In this document: piece after piece, positions 1 through 14,000 of the stretch | Layout of the letters: the number at the start of each line of letters is the position of its first letter | Position numbering within the stretch: the stretch's first letter is position 1 | Origin: Saccostrea echinata | Lineage: Eukaryota | Length of the DNA stretch: 64,000 nucleotides | Direction of reading: 5' to 3' | Assembly (NCBI RefSeq): GCF_033153115.1 | Contig: NW_026889774.1 | Location: 11,098,001 to 11,162,000, forward strand | Notes under the pieces: generated by a model | Told to the model about the DNA's origin: nothing | Databases searched by the model: none | What the model saw: the letters and a program-made list of their open reading frames with translations, nothing else | Position numbers and translations under genes: made by a program

Positions 1-104
1 ATTGAGAGCTTCATTATAAAGGCTACACTGATGCAGATTTGGAGGAGATTTTTGATGCAGAAATTATGCTCTGGAAATCTGCCTGCTTGGAAAATCTATT
101 AAAG
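1..104 (+). other. Probable 5'UTR exon of the MyRIP-like gene (left-truncated)
   Basis: Ends AAG|GTTAGT donor at 104/105; stops in all three frames; next acceptor is TGTAG|1881. Confidence 0.4.
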
Positions 105-1053
105 GTTAGTATTTTTTGTCCATAGCAGTTACAGATGGGGGAGGGAAAAAAAGAGAATATAATATTGTACAAAACATTCCAGGAAAAAAGTATCTATCTA
201 TATATAAATCTTTTATGTCCTTTTTTGATTAAAAAAATATAATGCTTGTACAAGCCTACAGCTAGTATATCTTTTGGTAAAATTCTGAATATTATTAAAT
301 GGTCTATTTTTATTTCTGTAATTTCAACTTCATTACTATTTTAATATGAAACTTAAAATAATTAAGTCAGAATAACAACAAAATTATTCATGTATACCAA
401 AGTTCTGTGAACCAAATGATAAAAATATACTCGATATTTGAGTTGCATGCATCGACATCATTTTCAGAATGGGACCGAAAATTTATTTTTGTACCATTAT
501 TACATTCTTACTTCCTAAATATTAATCATGAGCAAATTTTTAATTATGTTATGTGGTTGTGTATTTGATCAGGAAAGATTGAGATCTGCATCAGTTTCAA
601 CAGCAAATAATATTTCATATTCTGTCAATAATTGCCGTCTGTGCAATATTTGCCTTGCTGCTCAGAATCCAGAAATTCTCTGTGTTTTACCAAATGATGG
701 GATTTTTTAGTCTCCATGCTTTTCTCGTGGTGTCTACAATATTTCTTAAATTCAAGGTCCATTGATTTTTCTGATTGTCATTGAAAATTCAAAATGGTAA
801 CTTGAAGAATTATGCATTAGAACATGAGCCTGAACAATTAGACTTATGAAGGTGTCTGTAATGATGTCAGCTAAAAGTTACACAAATTATTGAATATTTC
901 TGTAGATTGTACTGTCAATAATAAGTGGGATAAAGATGTTCAAAATCAACTAAATGTATTCATAATTTATGTCAAAAAATAGACATTGGTGTAGTTTTCA
1001 AGAGAGGGATTAAAATTTTTAATTGCAGTCAATCTTGAAAATTAGATACTTAA

Positions 1054-1375
1054 GGACATACACAACGTAGTTTGAACTTTATTGTCTTTTTCCCTGGAGT
1101 TGAAGAGTTCCAATACTTAAAGGAATTGTGTGCTACATTTTAATGTCTATACTTCTTCTAAAACAAGTTTAGATAAACAAAATATCTAGAATATATGCTT
1201 AGTAATTTTTGTGTAATTTTCTTTGAATTATACAAGAATTTTCATCAATTGATATCTTTTCAAAACCCCTGGTAATGCATGCTGACTTTTTGTCTACGAA
1301 CATTTGATGGCACTATAATCTTAAATTAAGATTATCTTGAAAATTATCAGTAGGTAAGGTACGTTGCGTATGTCC
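1054..1375. mobile_element. Kolobok-like MITE
   Basis: TIR GGACATAC(A/G)CAACGTA, TTAA on both flanks, purine (GG) 5' terminus. Confidence 0.75.
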
Positions 1376-1889
1376 TTAAAAAGATTCAAATAAAAATTAC
1401 ATTAAAAAAAAATTATCAGCCAACTTGACAAAGGACATTTTTTTTTAATGGAAACATTTGTTAATTATAGCTAAGTAAACTTACTTGAGTTATAATTGTT
1501 GCTCAGACAATTGTTCATTAATTACTTAATTGGCAGTGTATGCCTAAGGCAACAAATCACACCAATTCAGGTCACATAACTCTGTAAAAAATCAATAGCT
1601 CTTTTTTAACCTGTGTATATATGTGATCTGGCTTGGCTTGGTAGCTTTGTAATAGTAAGTTTTTACATCTTTTTATTTACTAAATCATTTATACTGCCCT
1701 CTTGAATAATTGAATATTTGCTTAACTTTGGGAGCAAGTGAACTTTTAATTAACCGGTATTATAACTGATCAGTCAGGTTTCAAAACAATTGAAAAATGA
1801 AATGTGATATTAGTTGTCTATAACAAAGGGTTTTTTTTTAGATAGGGACAGGCTGTATGATCTCTGAAATTATATTGTAGATGTAAAGG

Positions 1890-2035
1890 ATGCATACAGA
1901 CTCGGGAAATATGAGTCGAGCCGCTCTGAGTAAACACATGAACCTGGAGCATCTCAGCGATGAAGAATGCGAGAAGATCCTGCGTGTGTTACAGAAAGAT
2001 TTCGAGCTTCGCGACAAGGAGAGAGAACGACTGCA
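1890..2035 (+). CDS. MYRIP: MyRIP-like coding exon 1 (SHD1 helix)
   Basis: MHTDSGNMSRAALSKHMNLEHLSDEECEKILRVLQKDFELRDKERERL; in-frame TAA upstream; donor CA|GTAAG. Confidence 0.9.
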
Positions 2036-5000
2036 GTAAGCATTTGTGTTGCGAACAATTTAATTTGACCTCTTTTTGCACAAATTTTTACTTTTTTAAT
2101 CTACTGATCATGATATTTACGAGGAATTAACAAGAAGCAGTTTAATATGATCAATACCCCCCCCTTTCCCCAACCCAACACCCTCATTTATGTTGGGGAA
2201 GCCGAAGATTTTGTTCAGATAGGTCATAGACCAAAATCAATTGTTAAGACATTAGGGTGACATGTTGTTCTATGGAAATATCTAAAATAGTGTAATCTCA
2301 ATTCATATTGGACACTTTCTTTACCTTGACTTTGTCTTGATGGCAGAGTCTTAACTTTACTTAAGTGCCAAATATGAGCCTCTGATGTTCCTCAGTACAA
2401 AGTAATGGATGGAACAAGAATGTACATTTCCAGCATCTTTGACTAGGACTTTTTTCAAATGGCCTTGCTTCAAGGTTACAACACAAACTGTTGCTCTTAA
2501 GCTTAGTACCACTTGACCAAAAAATGGAGCCTGCAAGTTGTTTACTTTAAAAGTTATGAACAAGATTAAAGTTGTGGATAGGTAAAAGTGATTGACCAAG
2601 AAACAATATGCCGTTTGATCTTGGATTTCACAAGCATAAAACTATTTCTTTGAATAAAAGTTTTAACATTAACAACTTAATGCTTTGTTTTATCCATGTG
2701 ACAATGTGGCATCAGTAGAGAAATTGGTAATTTCAGACTTTATTGCAATTTCAGTAAAATTGAGGAAAGTTTAAAAGAGGAAGAGGAAAAAACTGAGGTG
2801 ATAGCAGTCAAAACCAAACTAAACGAGGAGGTCTGTGTCCGATGCTGTCAGAAGTTTGGAATCATCTTCAATCGGAAGCAGCTGTGTCTTACCTGTAAAC
2901 ACTATGTCTGCAAACGTTGTGCCGTCTACAATGACAATGAAAAGGGCTACACCTGCCATGCCTGCATCAAAGAAAGGTGATTTTTTTTTATTTTTTAACT
3001 GCTCTAGATAATTAACTTCTTGTGAATTAAAACATATAAATCATGATAATGTTTCATATAAACTACAGGCATGTGTTACATGAAATGCAAAAGTGCAAAA
3101 CCGCTGGTTTTATCTATATTTAGAAGCTTTTTCTGTTGGTTTGTTAACTATTTTTAATTAGAAAAAAAGAGGGATTAATTTTGGAAGTTAATGTGTTGAA
3201 AGTATAAGCTGATGGTTTTAGTTGATCTATGTAAGTGTTATGAAAGTTATCACTTCAATTATTTCCCCTAGGAAATTCAATAAACGGACTGATATTAAAA
3301 AAAAAAAAAATCTATTTTTCATACCACAATATCCAATATCACTTGTAAAAATTCTCTTTTTTTATTATCATTACTTGTCATTCCAACTATTGTGTCCTAC
3401 TTTCAAGCATGCTATTATTAATTTTATTTTTCAGTAATAAAAGGTATTATTAGATTGCATTGTCTACATTAATGATTAGAATGTGTGAATAGATCTGATA
3501 ACTGCAATATTGTAGTGGTATCGGTTGTTATTGATTAGAAATTTTAGTCATATACAGAAATTGAGTTTTCAATTGTATTATTATGAAAAGAACGTACAGT
3601 AAAAATTGTTTTAAAATTGATTTATATTTTTAAAATAATTTTGGAAATGATGAATATGAACAACATACAGTAAAAAGGGGTAGGTGATGGTGGGGGGAGC
3701 TTTTGATATTTTGTTTGATTGATAATTTAGTGGATTAATTACAAAAAATTGTAAGTAAAATTTTTTTAATCTCTATAAAAATCAAGAAACAAAGAAACAA
3801 AAAGAAATCCAAAAAAGTACAGAAATGCATGCATTTAGTGCAAATTATTAGACTAAGTATAAAAAATTAAAAAATATAATGATACCAATTTTGGGCTGTG
3901 AGTTATGAAAAGCATATTTCAGCGTAAAATCCCACATAATTTCTAAGGTAGTATATAAAGGGAGAAAAAAACCAACTCAGAATCATATGTCATAATTTCT
4001 TCAAAAAAAAAAACTTCTCCACAAACATACTTATTGTAAATCATTTGTATACGTCTAGAGCCAAACTAGAGGAACAGGAGAGGTTTGATATATGTTTCCC
4101 TGGCTAATGTGATTAACTCCTTTTTCTGTGCAGAAAATTACTGGGGGCTGTTTTCGCTCATGCATGGGGAAAGATTGGACTGGATCCTTTTAAAATCAAA
4201 TTCTCTCTTGCCGTAATCAATGGCTTGTACACTTATGGCAGTCAGCTTCTATTGCTTCATTTACACATTTCATGGAAGCCGCTATTGGTTGATTGGTATG
4301 CTCTGTCTCATCTCCTGAGGTGCTTTGTTATTCTGTAAAGTCGTAGTAGGCAGATTGCCTACTTTCTTTTGGGATGGGGGGAATAAGCCCTTATCTTCTC
4401 TAACCTTACTATCATGTTCTTAAATTGTTAGGTGATGCTATCATTTGGTATTTAAATTTTTCTTGCTATCATGTCTAACAGTTGATTACTAATTATTATT
4501 ATGGTCCTGCTTTAAGGTTCATAAACCCTCTGCTCATTCATATAAAAGTTTGCTTTAACCGTTATGACTTTCCAAAAGAAATGTATTTTATAGTAAAATA
4601 CAAACAATTATAGTATAGCTTGCAAGGCAAAATTGGACAAAAAAAAAAAAACACTTCAACTTGTCAAATTTATATAGGAATAATAGACATTTATGTCTAG
4701 AGTTATCTCTCTTATTAGAGTATTGATGAACCTTAAGATATCACTTGGTCCATCTATCTGTCTGTCCATCCATCAACACTGTTACATGATGTATAACATG
4801 AGTACCTATCAATTTACAGACTTTATATTCACTACGTAAATGGAAGATATTTAGAGGGAGACAACTAGATCTTTTTGGGGTCATTTGATCAAAGGTCAAG
4901 GTCAAAAGTTCAAATTAGATACCATTATTATAACACATTTATGTGATGCTATCATCTATTTTTCATCCTATGGACTTCTTACTTTACATATGGAGGAGAA

Positions 5001-8000
5001 TTGTAAGAGGAAGACACTTAAAATTTTGAGGTCACTTAGTCAAAGGTCAAGGTCAGTGATTGGGATTATTGATATGACCATCATTATGCAATTACTTGGA
5101 CATTTTGTAACATTTAGACTTCATATGTAGTGTATAGATGAGATTGGTTTGGAAAACTCACCTTAAGCTTTCAGAATCAGCTAGTCAAAGGTCAAGACTC
5201 TTAAAATAACCATTGTGAAGCAATAATTTAATTGGATAATTTTTTTTACACTTAAAAAAATATTTTATACCTAAACAATAGTAAGAGGATGAACCTGTTG
5301 ATTTCATTCAGGGGTCGAGATCTAAATGGTTTATTTTCACATGATTACACACTTTTATATGGTACCAACAAATTTATATTTCAACATGCAGACTTCTATT
5401 CATTACACAATTAGGAGATATTGTTAGATTCCGAGGCCACTTTCTCAATGATCAAGGTCAAAAAGTTCCAGATTACTACAGGACCTGTATGTCTGTCCAT
5501 TTTCTAGTTTCTAAGACTTTTGGTTTTGGGATGAAAGGATTCTACAATTCCTAAAAAGAGTGGGTTTATTGAAATGTTTGCCATATCTATTAACAAAATC
5601 GGAATATATGGTTCCTTGACTTTGGGTAAGGTTCATTTATATTATGTCATATTATAGGATTAAAAATTGTATGAAATGTAATGTATACATGTATATGTTT
5701 TCAATTCTCTTGATTGAAAGTTGAAAAAAGGGTGTAATGGATGTATTTAAATTCAATTTAGAATTATATATTCACCCCAATTGATACTACTGCCATTATA
5801 TGTAATCATATCCCAGAATGACTGTAATCAAGATGATCAATCTATTTGTGAATTGTCTAAGGGTAAGGAGACATTAAGGTGTCAAAATGCCTTCAGATTA
5901 ATATATTTATACTTATACATGTATATCATGGACTTGAAGATGGTCAATATTAGATGTATTTTTCATGTTCATGCTAAAAATGTAAGAAATGTAACTGACA
6001 GTTTTGGTTTTCTTGTCGTTGTTGCTTTTGTTTTGTTTTGTTTTGTTTTTTTTTTTGGGAGGGGATACACTTTTTACAAGAAAAATCTCACTTTTACCTA
6101 TACACCATATTTTGAATATTTACCAGTAAATTTTGATGAGTAATCATTAGAATCAAGAGCAAAGTAGCTGCGGTAATCTTTTTTTTTGTACTTGATCATA
6201 AAAATGCAAAATTCTCTATATCAAATAAAAAAATAATTTCTTGCAGGGAGTTGAAGCTGAAGTCTTTTGAATGGTTTTACAACAATGTCAGCAGCAAATT
6301 CAAAAGATTTGGGAGTGCCAAGGTAGTGCGGTCTTTATACAAACAGAGGGGAGCAAGAGGCCGAGCTTATCATAGTGAGTATAGAGAGAAAAAGGGGGTT
6401 GGGGGCAACTCCTTTGGGTAATATATGAGAACTCAGAAGGGAGATAACTCGATCTATATGTAGCATTTATTTTTAATCTGCAGAGAGATTTCAGTGCACA
6501 TCTTTTGTGCAGCAAAGTACCGGTAACTCTCAGATTATATAAATAAGATGCAAGTCATTCATCTTTTAGTCAAAAAAAAAAAAAAAAAAAAATAAATAAA
6601 AAAATAAATTTATAAAAATAAATGCCTAGTATAAGTTAAGGTTCATTAATTCATTCTTTAAAGATTCTTTAGAAAGCTGTCAAAAGATCTTGCGAAATGG
6701 AATTTTCTGATTGAAATCATAGGTTAGATATTTAATAAAATAGTTGAACTTGGATAATACAGTTGTCCTTTAAACAACCCTTTTCTCTCCATATATAGGG
6801 CAGGAATAAATTCAGTTCATTTTTACATATTAAATGACTACAAGGTAAATATCAGTAATCATAAAAAGATAATGTAGGTCAGTTAATAAATGTCGAAGGT
6901 GATCATCATGTTTATGTGCTTTTCTTTTACATAATAATGCATATTCATAGGGCATGTATATAATGTATAATGCAGTATTATTTCTTCAGTAAATTCTTTT
7001 ATCCTTAAATGTTGTGTATGTTATACACGTGGATCAGTTTTTAAGTATTAGAAATGTTATTCACCCCTTCATTTTTTATTTTTTTAAATTTTAATTTTTT
7101 TTTTTTTTTTTTTTTTTTTGAAAAGTGGAAGTTGTTTTAATGATTTTCAAAGAATTTCAAAATTGAAAAGAAGCCTTGAATATTCACATGTAAACTGTCA
7201 AGGCATGTGATGTTTACTAAGATGACCTTGGTTGACTATGTATGCCTGTCATGTTTCCAATGTACACACACCGTGAAGTGAAAATTATTTCAGAATCACT
7301 GTCATTAGGATAATGTATATGTTTCGGATCCTCCTATTCGCTTTGAATTGTCTTGGAGAATTCTAACTTTTCTGATCACCTGACAAGGGATTTAAAAAAA
7401 AAAATGGGAACACTTGAAATCAATGGCAGAAAAAATTTCTTTTATTCAAGATCATTCACATGTAAACAGTGGTATAAATATGCAATTTAGTTGGAATAAT
7501 TCGCTGCACACTTATATTGATAAGTAATGGATTCATTCACTGTTTGATTTTTGTGGGTTATAAGGTTAAAGGCCTTTTTTCCCCAATGGACACACCTGTA
7601 AAAACAGCTGTTTGGGTAGACATCTAGAGATCTATACCTTGTGTGTGAAATTGACATGGAGTGATATATTTCTTGTGTGTGAAATTGACATGGAATGTTA
7701 TTAATTTCTCGTGTTTGCCTGCTGCGATGTCAGGTGATGTTCTTACAGAATATAACCTGTGGAAGCGACTTTTTGGTAAATATACTTTGTGATGATATCG
7801 GGCAATGTTTGGCACATTTAACTTTGAATCACCTTTTTATGGGCCACTGTTGAAATTAAATTTCTCATGTTTACCTCAGTTGCTGTTTGTTCCCTTCCTA
7901 CCTGAGATTTTAGAAATATAGATTTTTTTGCCATACTTTTCTCACAAAAAATGTGAAAAAATTCAAATTCACTTGACAATGTAAGTGTTGAAATCGAAGT

Positions 8001-11000
8001 GTGTGTCACATTTAGTTTCTTTGCTTTTTGTTTTTTGGTTGTTTTTTTTTTCCAATATGCAATAGTGTCAAGACCAAAAATTTGAAGTTTCAAAACAGTT
8101 TACAAGTACTTAGTTACAGCACATAATTAAATTATTAAATTTTTAATTTCTAGATTAAAATCTTGAAATACCAGTGAAAAAAAAAAATATCAAACTGTGC
8201 CGCATGCACAGTGCCATGTGCATTTGAGTTTGAAAAAGGACAAGTCAATTGATATATATTATACAATGAATAATATTTTATTGTTTGCAAATCTTTTTAG
8301 AATTTTAGGGTTTATAAGTAAAAATTTGCACTATAGTTCTATCTGTGTTGCTGAAAATCATATTTTTGATGTCAAAATCATATTATTTTTATGTTTTTAT
8401 GAAATAAATTTATTGTATTTATTCATGACACAGGTTTTATTTTTGTGTATCATACTACAATCATTGATAGAGAACTTACGAGTAAAAAAAATCATATTTC
8501 TCATATCTATTTTTGATGAAAAAAAGATTACTAGTATTATAGTTGAACCTTAGTATCTCGAACACAGATATCTCGAATACCATAGAGATCAAGTTCGAAA
8601 TAATGATGTTTGACTGTATATTTATTCATGACACCAGTCTTAATTTTTGTGAATCATATTACATCAGTTAGTTAGAGAAATTCTCATTATTAATGAAAAG
8701 ACCTTTACTTTTATGAGAAATAATTTTACAACAAAATAATTTAAGCACAAAAATTGAGCATTACTTTGGATTACAGCAGATTAATCTTTTTAAAATGTAA
8801 TTTTTTTCCAATATTGAATTGAGATTGGTGCATATGTTCACTGTTATATTGAATTTTCCTTTCAGCTGACAATGAAAGTGACACAGGATACGACCCCAGC
8901 TTTCTGGCTTCTCTGAGGGCTGGGGGTAGGGGGGTTGGAGAAATTTCTGACCCTGAGGATGGGAGAAGAGAAGAGGAGGAGAGCTTGAATCTCAACAGTG
9001 ATGGGGAAAAAGGTCAGTGGTCAGCAATGGTCCAATTTGTTTTAAAAAAAGATCTTTATTAAAAATATTTTTCTCTTGACCATAGATCATTGATTTGAAT
9101 TACTGTTATACATGGACAGTCAATTGTATGCATAATAGATTCAGTCCATTGCCCTGGTCAGCTATCCTTTAAAAGAAAAAGAAAAAAAAGAAATCGCTGT
9201 TTCAAGCTCTTTTATCATAAATCTCTTGCGAGAAGGAAAATTTACTGTTATGATTCATCCTTCAGAATTTTAAAAAAGGCTGAAATTATCTCGAAAAATA
9301 TAAGAATGATGACAAATTTTTTAAGTCACATGTCCGTTATGAAAGGGGCACACAGCTGATTTGTTCACTTTTAGGCGAAAAATCCACATTCTTTATAGGT
9401 CTTGTGCCAAGCATGTGACAGTTCATTTTTTTCCCCTACACAGATCATAGTGTAAGATTTCACTTCTTTCGGTAAAGAGAGATATGCTTCATCATGTGTA
9501 AAACATAATAATTCAACAAGAAATGTCTGCTCCTTTATAATTAACATGGTTGTAGACTTTGGTTTTTGAAAATTTTCACAGAATTGAAGTAACTTAATTC
9601 TTTTGCAAGAATGGTTTTGGATTAATTTATCCACAGGCCTAAGGAGGAATGGATGAGAGTTATAGCATGATTGTGAAAAGGTCTCATTCTTTGAAAAGTT
9701 TTGCTTTAATTCTCTTAATTATTCAGCAAGCTGAAATTAACCACCACTTCACCAATAAAATAATTATGCGCATTATTGATTTTTTTTTTTGGTATTGCTG
9801 TAATGTAGTTTAATTATAATTGGAGAAAAATACATTTTATATCGTTGTTTGTTGGATATATTTAGAAGAATACCTATGAAAAACCTAGATGAATTTTTAA
9901 CAGAACAAAAGTAAAAAAAAATATTAGGAAATTTGAGGATTAACCATTTGTGAATTCAAAGCTTTGCACAATATACAGGAATGTCTGATTTACACAAAAT
10001 GTTGCATCTTGATCAATATGAGAAGTGATCTTCTTGGGTATTTTAAGTTGGAAATGTATAGCATTATAAATCTGCATAAGCCTAGTGCTAGATCAAACAT
10101 ACTACCAGTAAATTCAAATATAAAATTGTTATTGCCTAAGTTTCAAACTTCCTCCAGAATTCACTACCATTATGTACAGTTGAGATGCAGAGGCCTATGG
10201 GTAGTATGTCTCAGTTGGTGACATGATCTGTTACCACTCGGGGTGCGTCACTCTGCCTTTTCTCCCACTTACAGCAGTGGCGTTTTCAGACCCATTTTCA
10301 TAATTTTTCTGTTAAGTTTTACTGCATAAAAACAGAACTTAAGGAAAAGATAACTCTTACTGTAAAATGAAAGAAAAAATCAAAGAGAATTAACTCTTTT
10401 CATAACTTCATCAATTTTAATAAAAAGATTTGATAAAAGTTTTTCCCAACAGTATAAATATGGGAATTTTTAAAGAATTCATTCTTAAATCAAAAAAAGC
10501 ATTTCTTAGTAATTTTATAAAAAATGATAATTTATTAATAATATTTGGATATATAGAAGGAACATTTTGTACAAAAAGTGTTTCCACTAAATTATGTAAG
10601 TAATCTCAGATTTCATAATACTTACGATAGTACAATTTTTTCCACACTTTTATAAAAGTAAAGTTTTTAAGCAAATCAGTCAGCTTATTGTATTTTTGGG
10701 ATGTGTATAGCATTATAAATGCAGATGGTTTAATTTCTTATTTACAAATTACATTCACTAGGAAATATATATAATATCTAATTCTCAAGCAGTTTACAGT
10801 AATCTGGTGTATAGAAAGTAATATGTGATAAACTTGTATATTTTTACATAATCTTAGCATTTCCTTACCACCCTACAGCCTAATGGGCTTTCTTGTATCT
10901 ATTTGTATTGGGGCCCCAGGAGTGTGTTAAATACCTGTGACCTTTAACCCTAGTGATGTCATCCAGGTAAAAATCTGCTGCCATTGAATCATGACTAGAG

Positions 11001-14000
11001 ATATTAATAAACCTAGTAGTGGCAATAGATAACACAGGTGAAATAAAAATTGAAACAAGAGGATGGGAGAGATATTACGTGGAGGATAATTAGTTGAATA
11101 GAAAGTTTATGGTTTGTCGACAGTAGACCGTGGTTGAATAATTTCAGAAGAATGAGGAATTTGTGGAATATGGAGAAAGTTATGCACATCTGTCATTCAT
11201 TGTCTAACCTAGGATGCTAAGCATACTTATTCCACTTGAGTGAAATCTTCAGAACATTTCTATTTTCTCTTTTGAATGGAATTATCATTACTGAATTGTT
11301 AATTCTGTGGGAGAGCAAGACCTGTTTTTAATTTTTTTTTCCTTCTGAAGACATTCAAACTTTTTTTTAAAAGTTAGTGAAATTTTATTTGAATTTAAAT
11401 TTAAGGAGAGTGTCAACTCATATTCAGGTGATCTGTGTTATCTAAAGAACATATCAATGTTTTTGTTAATAATTGCAACTGAAATTAATCCTCGGCATGG
11501 GATAACTTCATTTTTGAAGATTTAAAAAATTCATTGTGAAGTGACTGGGGTTTTTGGAGGACCCACTCCGCTTATTGTACCATGATTCGAGGGAAACGGG
11601 AGGGACAAGGCTATGCCTCCTGGTTCATTGGACTAGATAATGGTAAGATTGATACAGTTAATGCCATAAAATTGGAATAATTATATCACTTTGTAATGAT
11701 TGAAGATATTTTCTTATAGATTGATTCTAAGTAACGTGAAAAAAAAAAGATTACTTCAAGAGGGGGAAAAAAAGGAAAAACATATAATTTTAAAAAGTTT
11801 CAGAAAGGGTTTTGAAAAAAGTGTTGAAATTTTATCATAGGAGAAGTTAAGCTAATTATTGCTGGTTCATTTCATTCTTGTCAATTTGGTTAAATGTACA
11901 ATTTCTTTTTAAAGAAAGAAAATTGTCACATCATTCCATGTTCCTGGAGAAATTAAATCTCTTGACTAAGGGGGATGTGAAGATAATCTGGCCCCTACAT
12001 TATATGGTTTTCACTCTATTACAATTGGTTAATGGTCCTTTGGACAATCACCTGAAACTCCAATTGTGTTTGAATATAATAGAAATCTGGAGAGACACTG
12101 AATGGATTGTGTAAGGCAAAGGGGAGAAAAAATATTTCATTTGTCTTCATTTGTGAGCAAAATGAGATATTTTCTTTTTTTTTCATGTTTTTTCTGCATG
12201 ATCTTTCTTTTACAACTGTCAGGAACTGATACTTGTTATTTTCTTTCCCCTTTTCATTTTTGGCATTTATAATTAGACAACAGAATTTGCATATAACATT
12301 TTAAATTAGTATTTAATTACATGGAGAAATTTATGGTGAAATTTTAGAAAAAAATGAAAGGACTTGCTTAATGCACATTTCTGCAATTTGCATATATAAC
12401 ATGGAAGGATCTACAAATAAGAAAAAAAAAAGAAAGAACATATTACCTAGTGAATTTCTGGAATTGCATATGCACATTTAACAGTCTATATTAGTATATT
12501 TAATAACATATTGATTGATTTAGTGTGAATTAAAAAAAATGAAAGAACTTGGTTAATGCATTTTTAAAGAATATATTTTAACTGTTGATCATTACAAATT
12601 TTCCCTGGAGCTATTAATTATAGTACTTCAGACATGATGAAATTAACACTATAACAATATTGATTTGGGCCAATCTTTCCAATAACACACCTTTTAAGAT
12701 TTTATGTCGAGTTGTGAATGCTTAAATCTAACGGATAATTTTTTGTGCAAATAGATTGGTCCAACAATTACATTGGTCCAACAATTACATGGAACAGAAT
12801 GCAGTCGTAAGTTTGGGGCCATTTTGCTTACAAATTGACTTGCACAGCGAGGATTTGAATTTTTTTCTTACAATCATTGAACCCCCATTTTGTCGTATGA
12901 GTCAGGTATTGATTTTTGATCCCACGAACAAAACAAAAGTAACAGATGGCTGGGCTAGGTTCTCAGGATATCAAATACCTAATTCCTACAATTGTGCTTT
13001 GAACTAATACAGTTGGGTATAGACCTGGGTTAATACTTGAATAAGGCCCATCTTTATATCTAGTCCTTAATGTAGTGCACATTGAAAAAGGTGAATCAGT
13101 TGCATTAACACATAGAAACTAATATTATCACTGATATGCAGTGATAATGTACGATAAGTCAGACGAGAGGTTATAAAAATATATATACTGTCATAAAATC
13201 TGAATTTTCAATGAGGGACTATTTGACAGTGGCGAGTTATAAAGTGGTGAATTGGTGCTAAGGAAAATAAAGATTTGCATCAAGTTTAGATTTATGGACC
13301 AATTCTTACCTCATTGCTGTGGACATCAGATGTTGCTTAGGACTGTTTAAGTGTATAGTTATGTAAGCTCGTAAATATTTATGAACTTTCGAAACTGCTC
13401 AAAATTTTTAAGGCTGTCATCGAGTTGATAAGTTTTCATAATACATGTACTAGTACTTTTGATATCATGTGTCTTCTTAGGAAAATTACAAGAGATATAA
13501 AAAACAGTGGTCATCAAAATTTGTATTCTCTCTATTGAAGAATTTCTTTACTGTACAAGGGATCCCCTAGCAAAGACTTTCTTTAGGTGTTTGGCTATGA
13601 AATGTATGCAAATGCATGCTTTGACCATTGGGACATGATACCTTAAATTGTATTATAGGGTATATAGTCACAGATTTTACTTACTGCAAAGTTCATCATG
13701 CATATCAAAGAATAGCTGCAAAGTATGTGTAGGGTTTTCTCAAGACAAGAATAGATTTGCTGGAGTGCAAAAAAATGTTCTATAAGTGTCCTTGTATGCA
13801 TGCTTGAGAGGAATGTATTGTTATGGTAACCTTGAAGTTTTCTCAAACATGTGACCAGAGTAGTTGATGCTGTTTTCTTTATTTATTGTCCATAAGTAAT
13901 TAACAAACCAGTTTTGTGGGGTCAGTTGCTTGGTCTGGGCAGTGACCTGTTTAGTTCTCCAAATTAAGTCCCCAAAATAAATGCATTTTAGTTTAATGTA

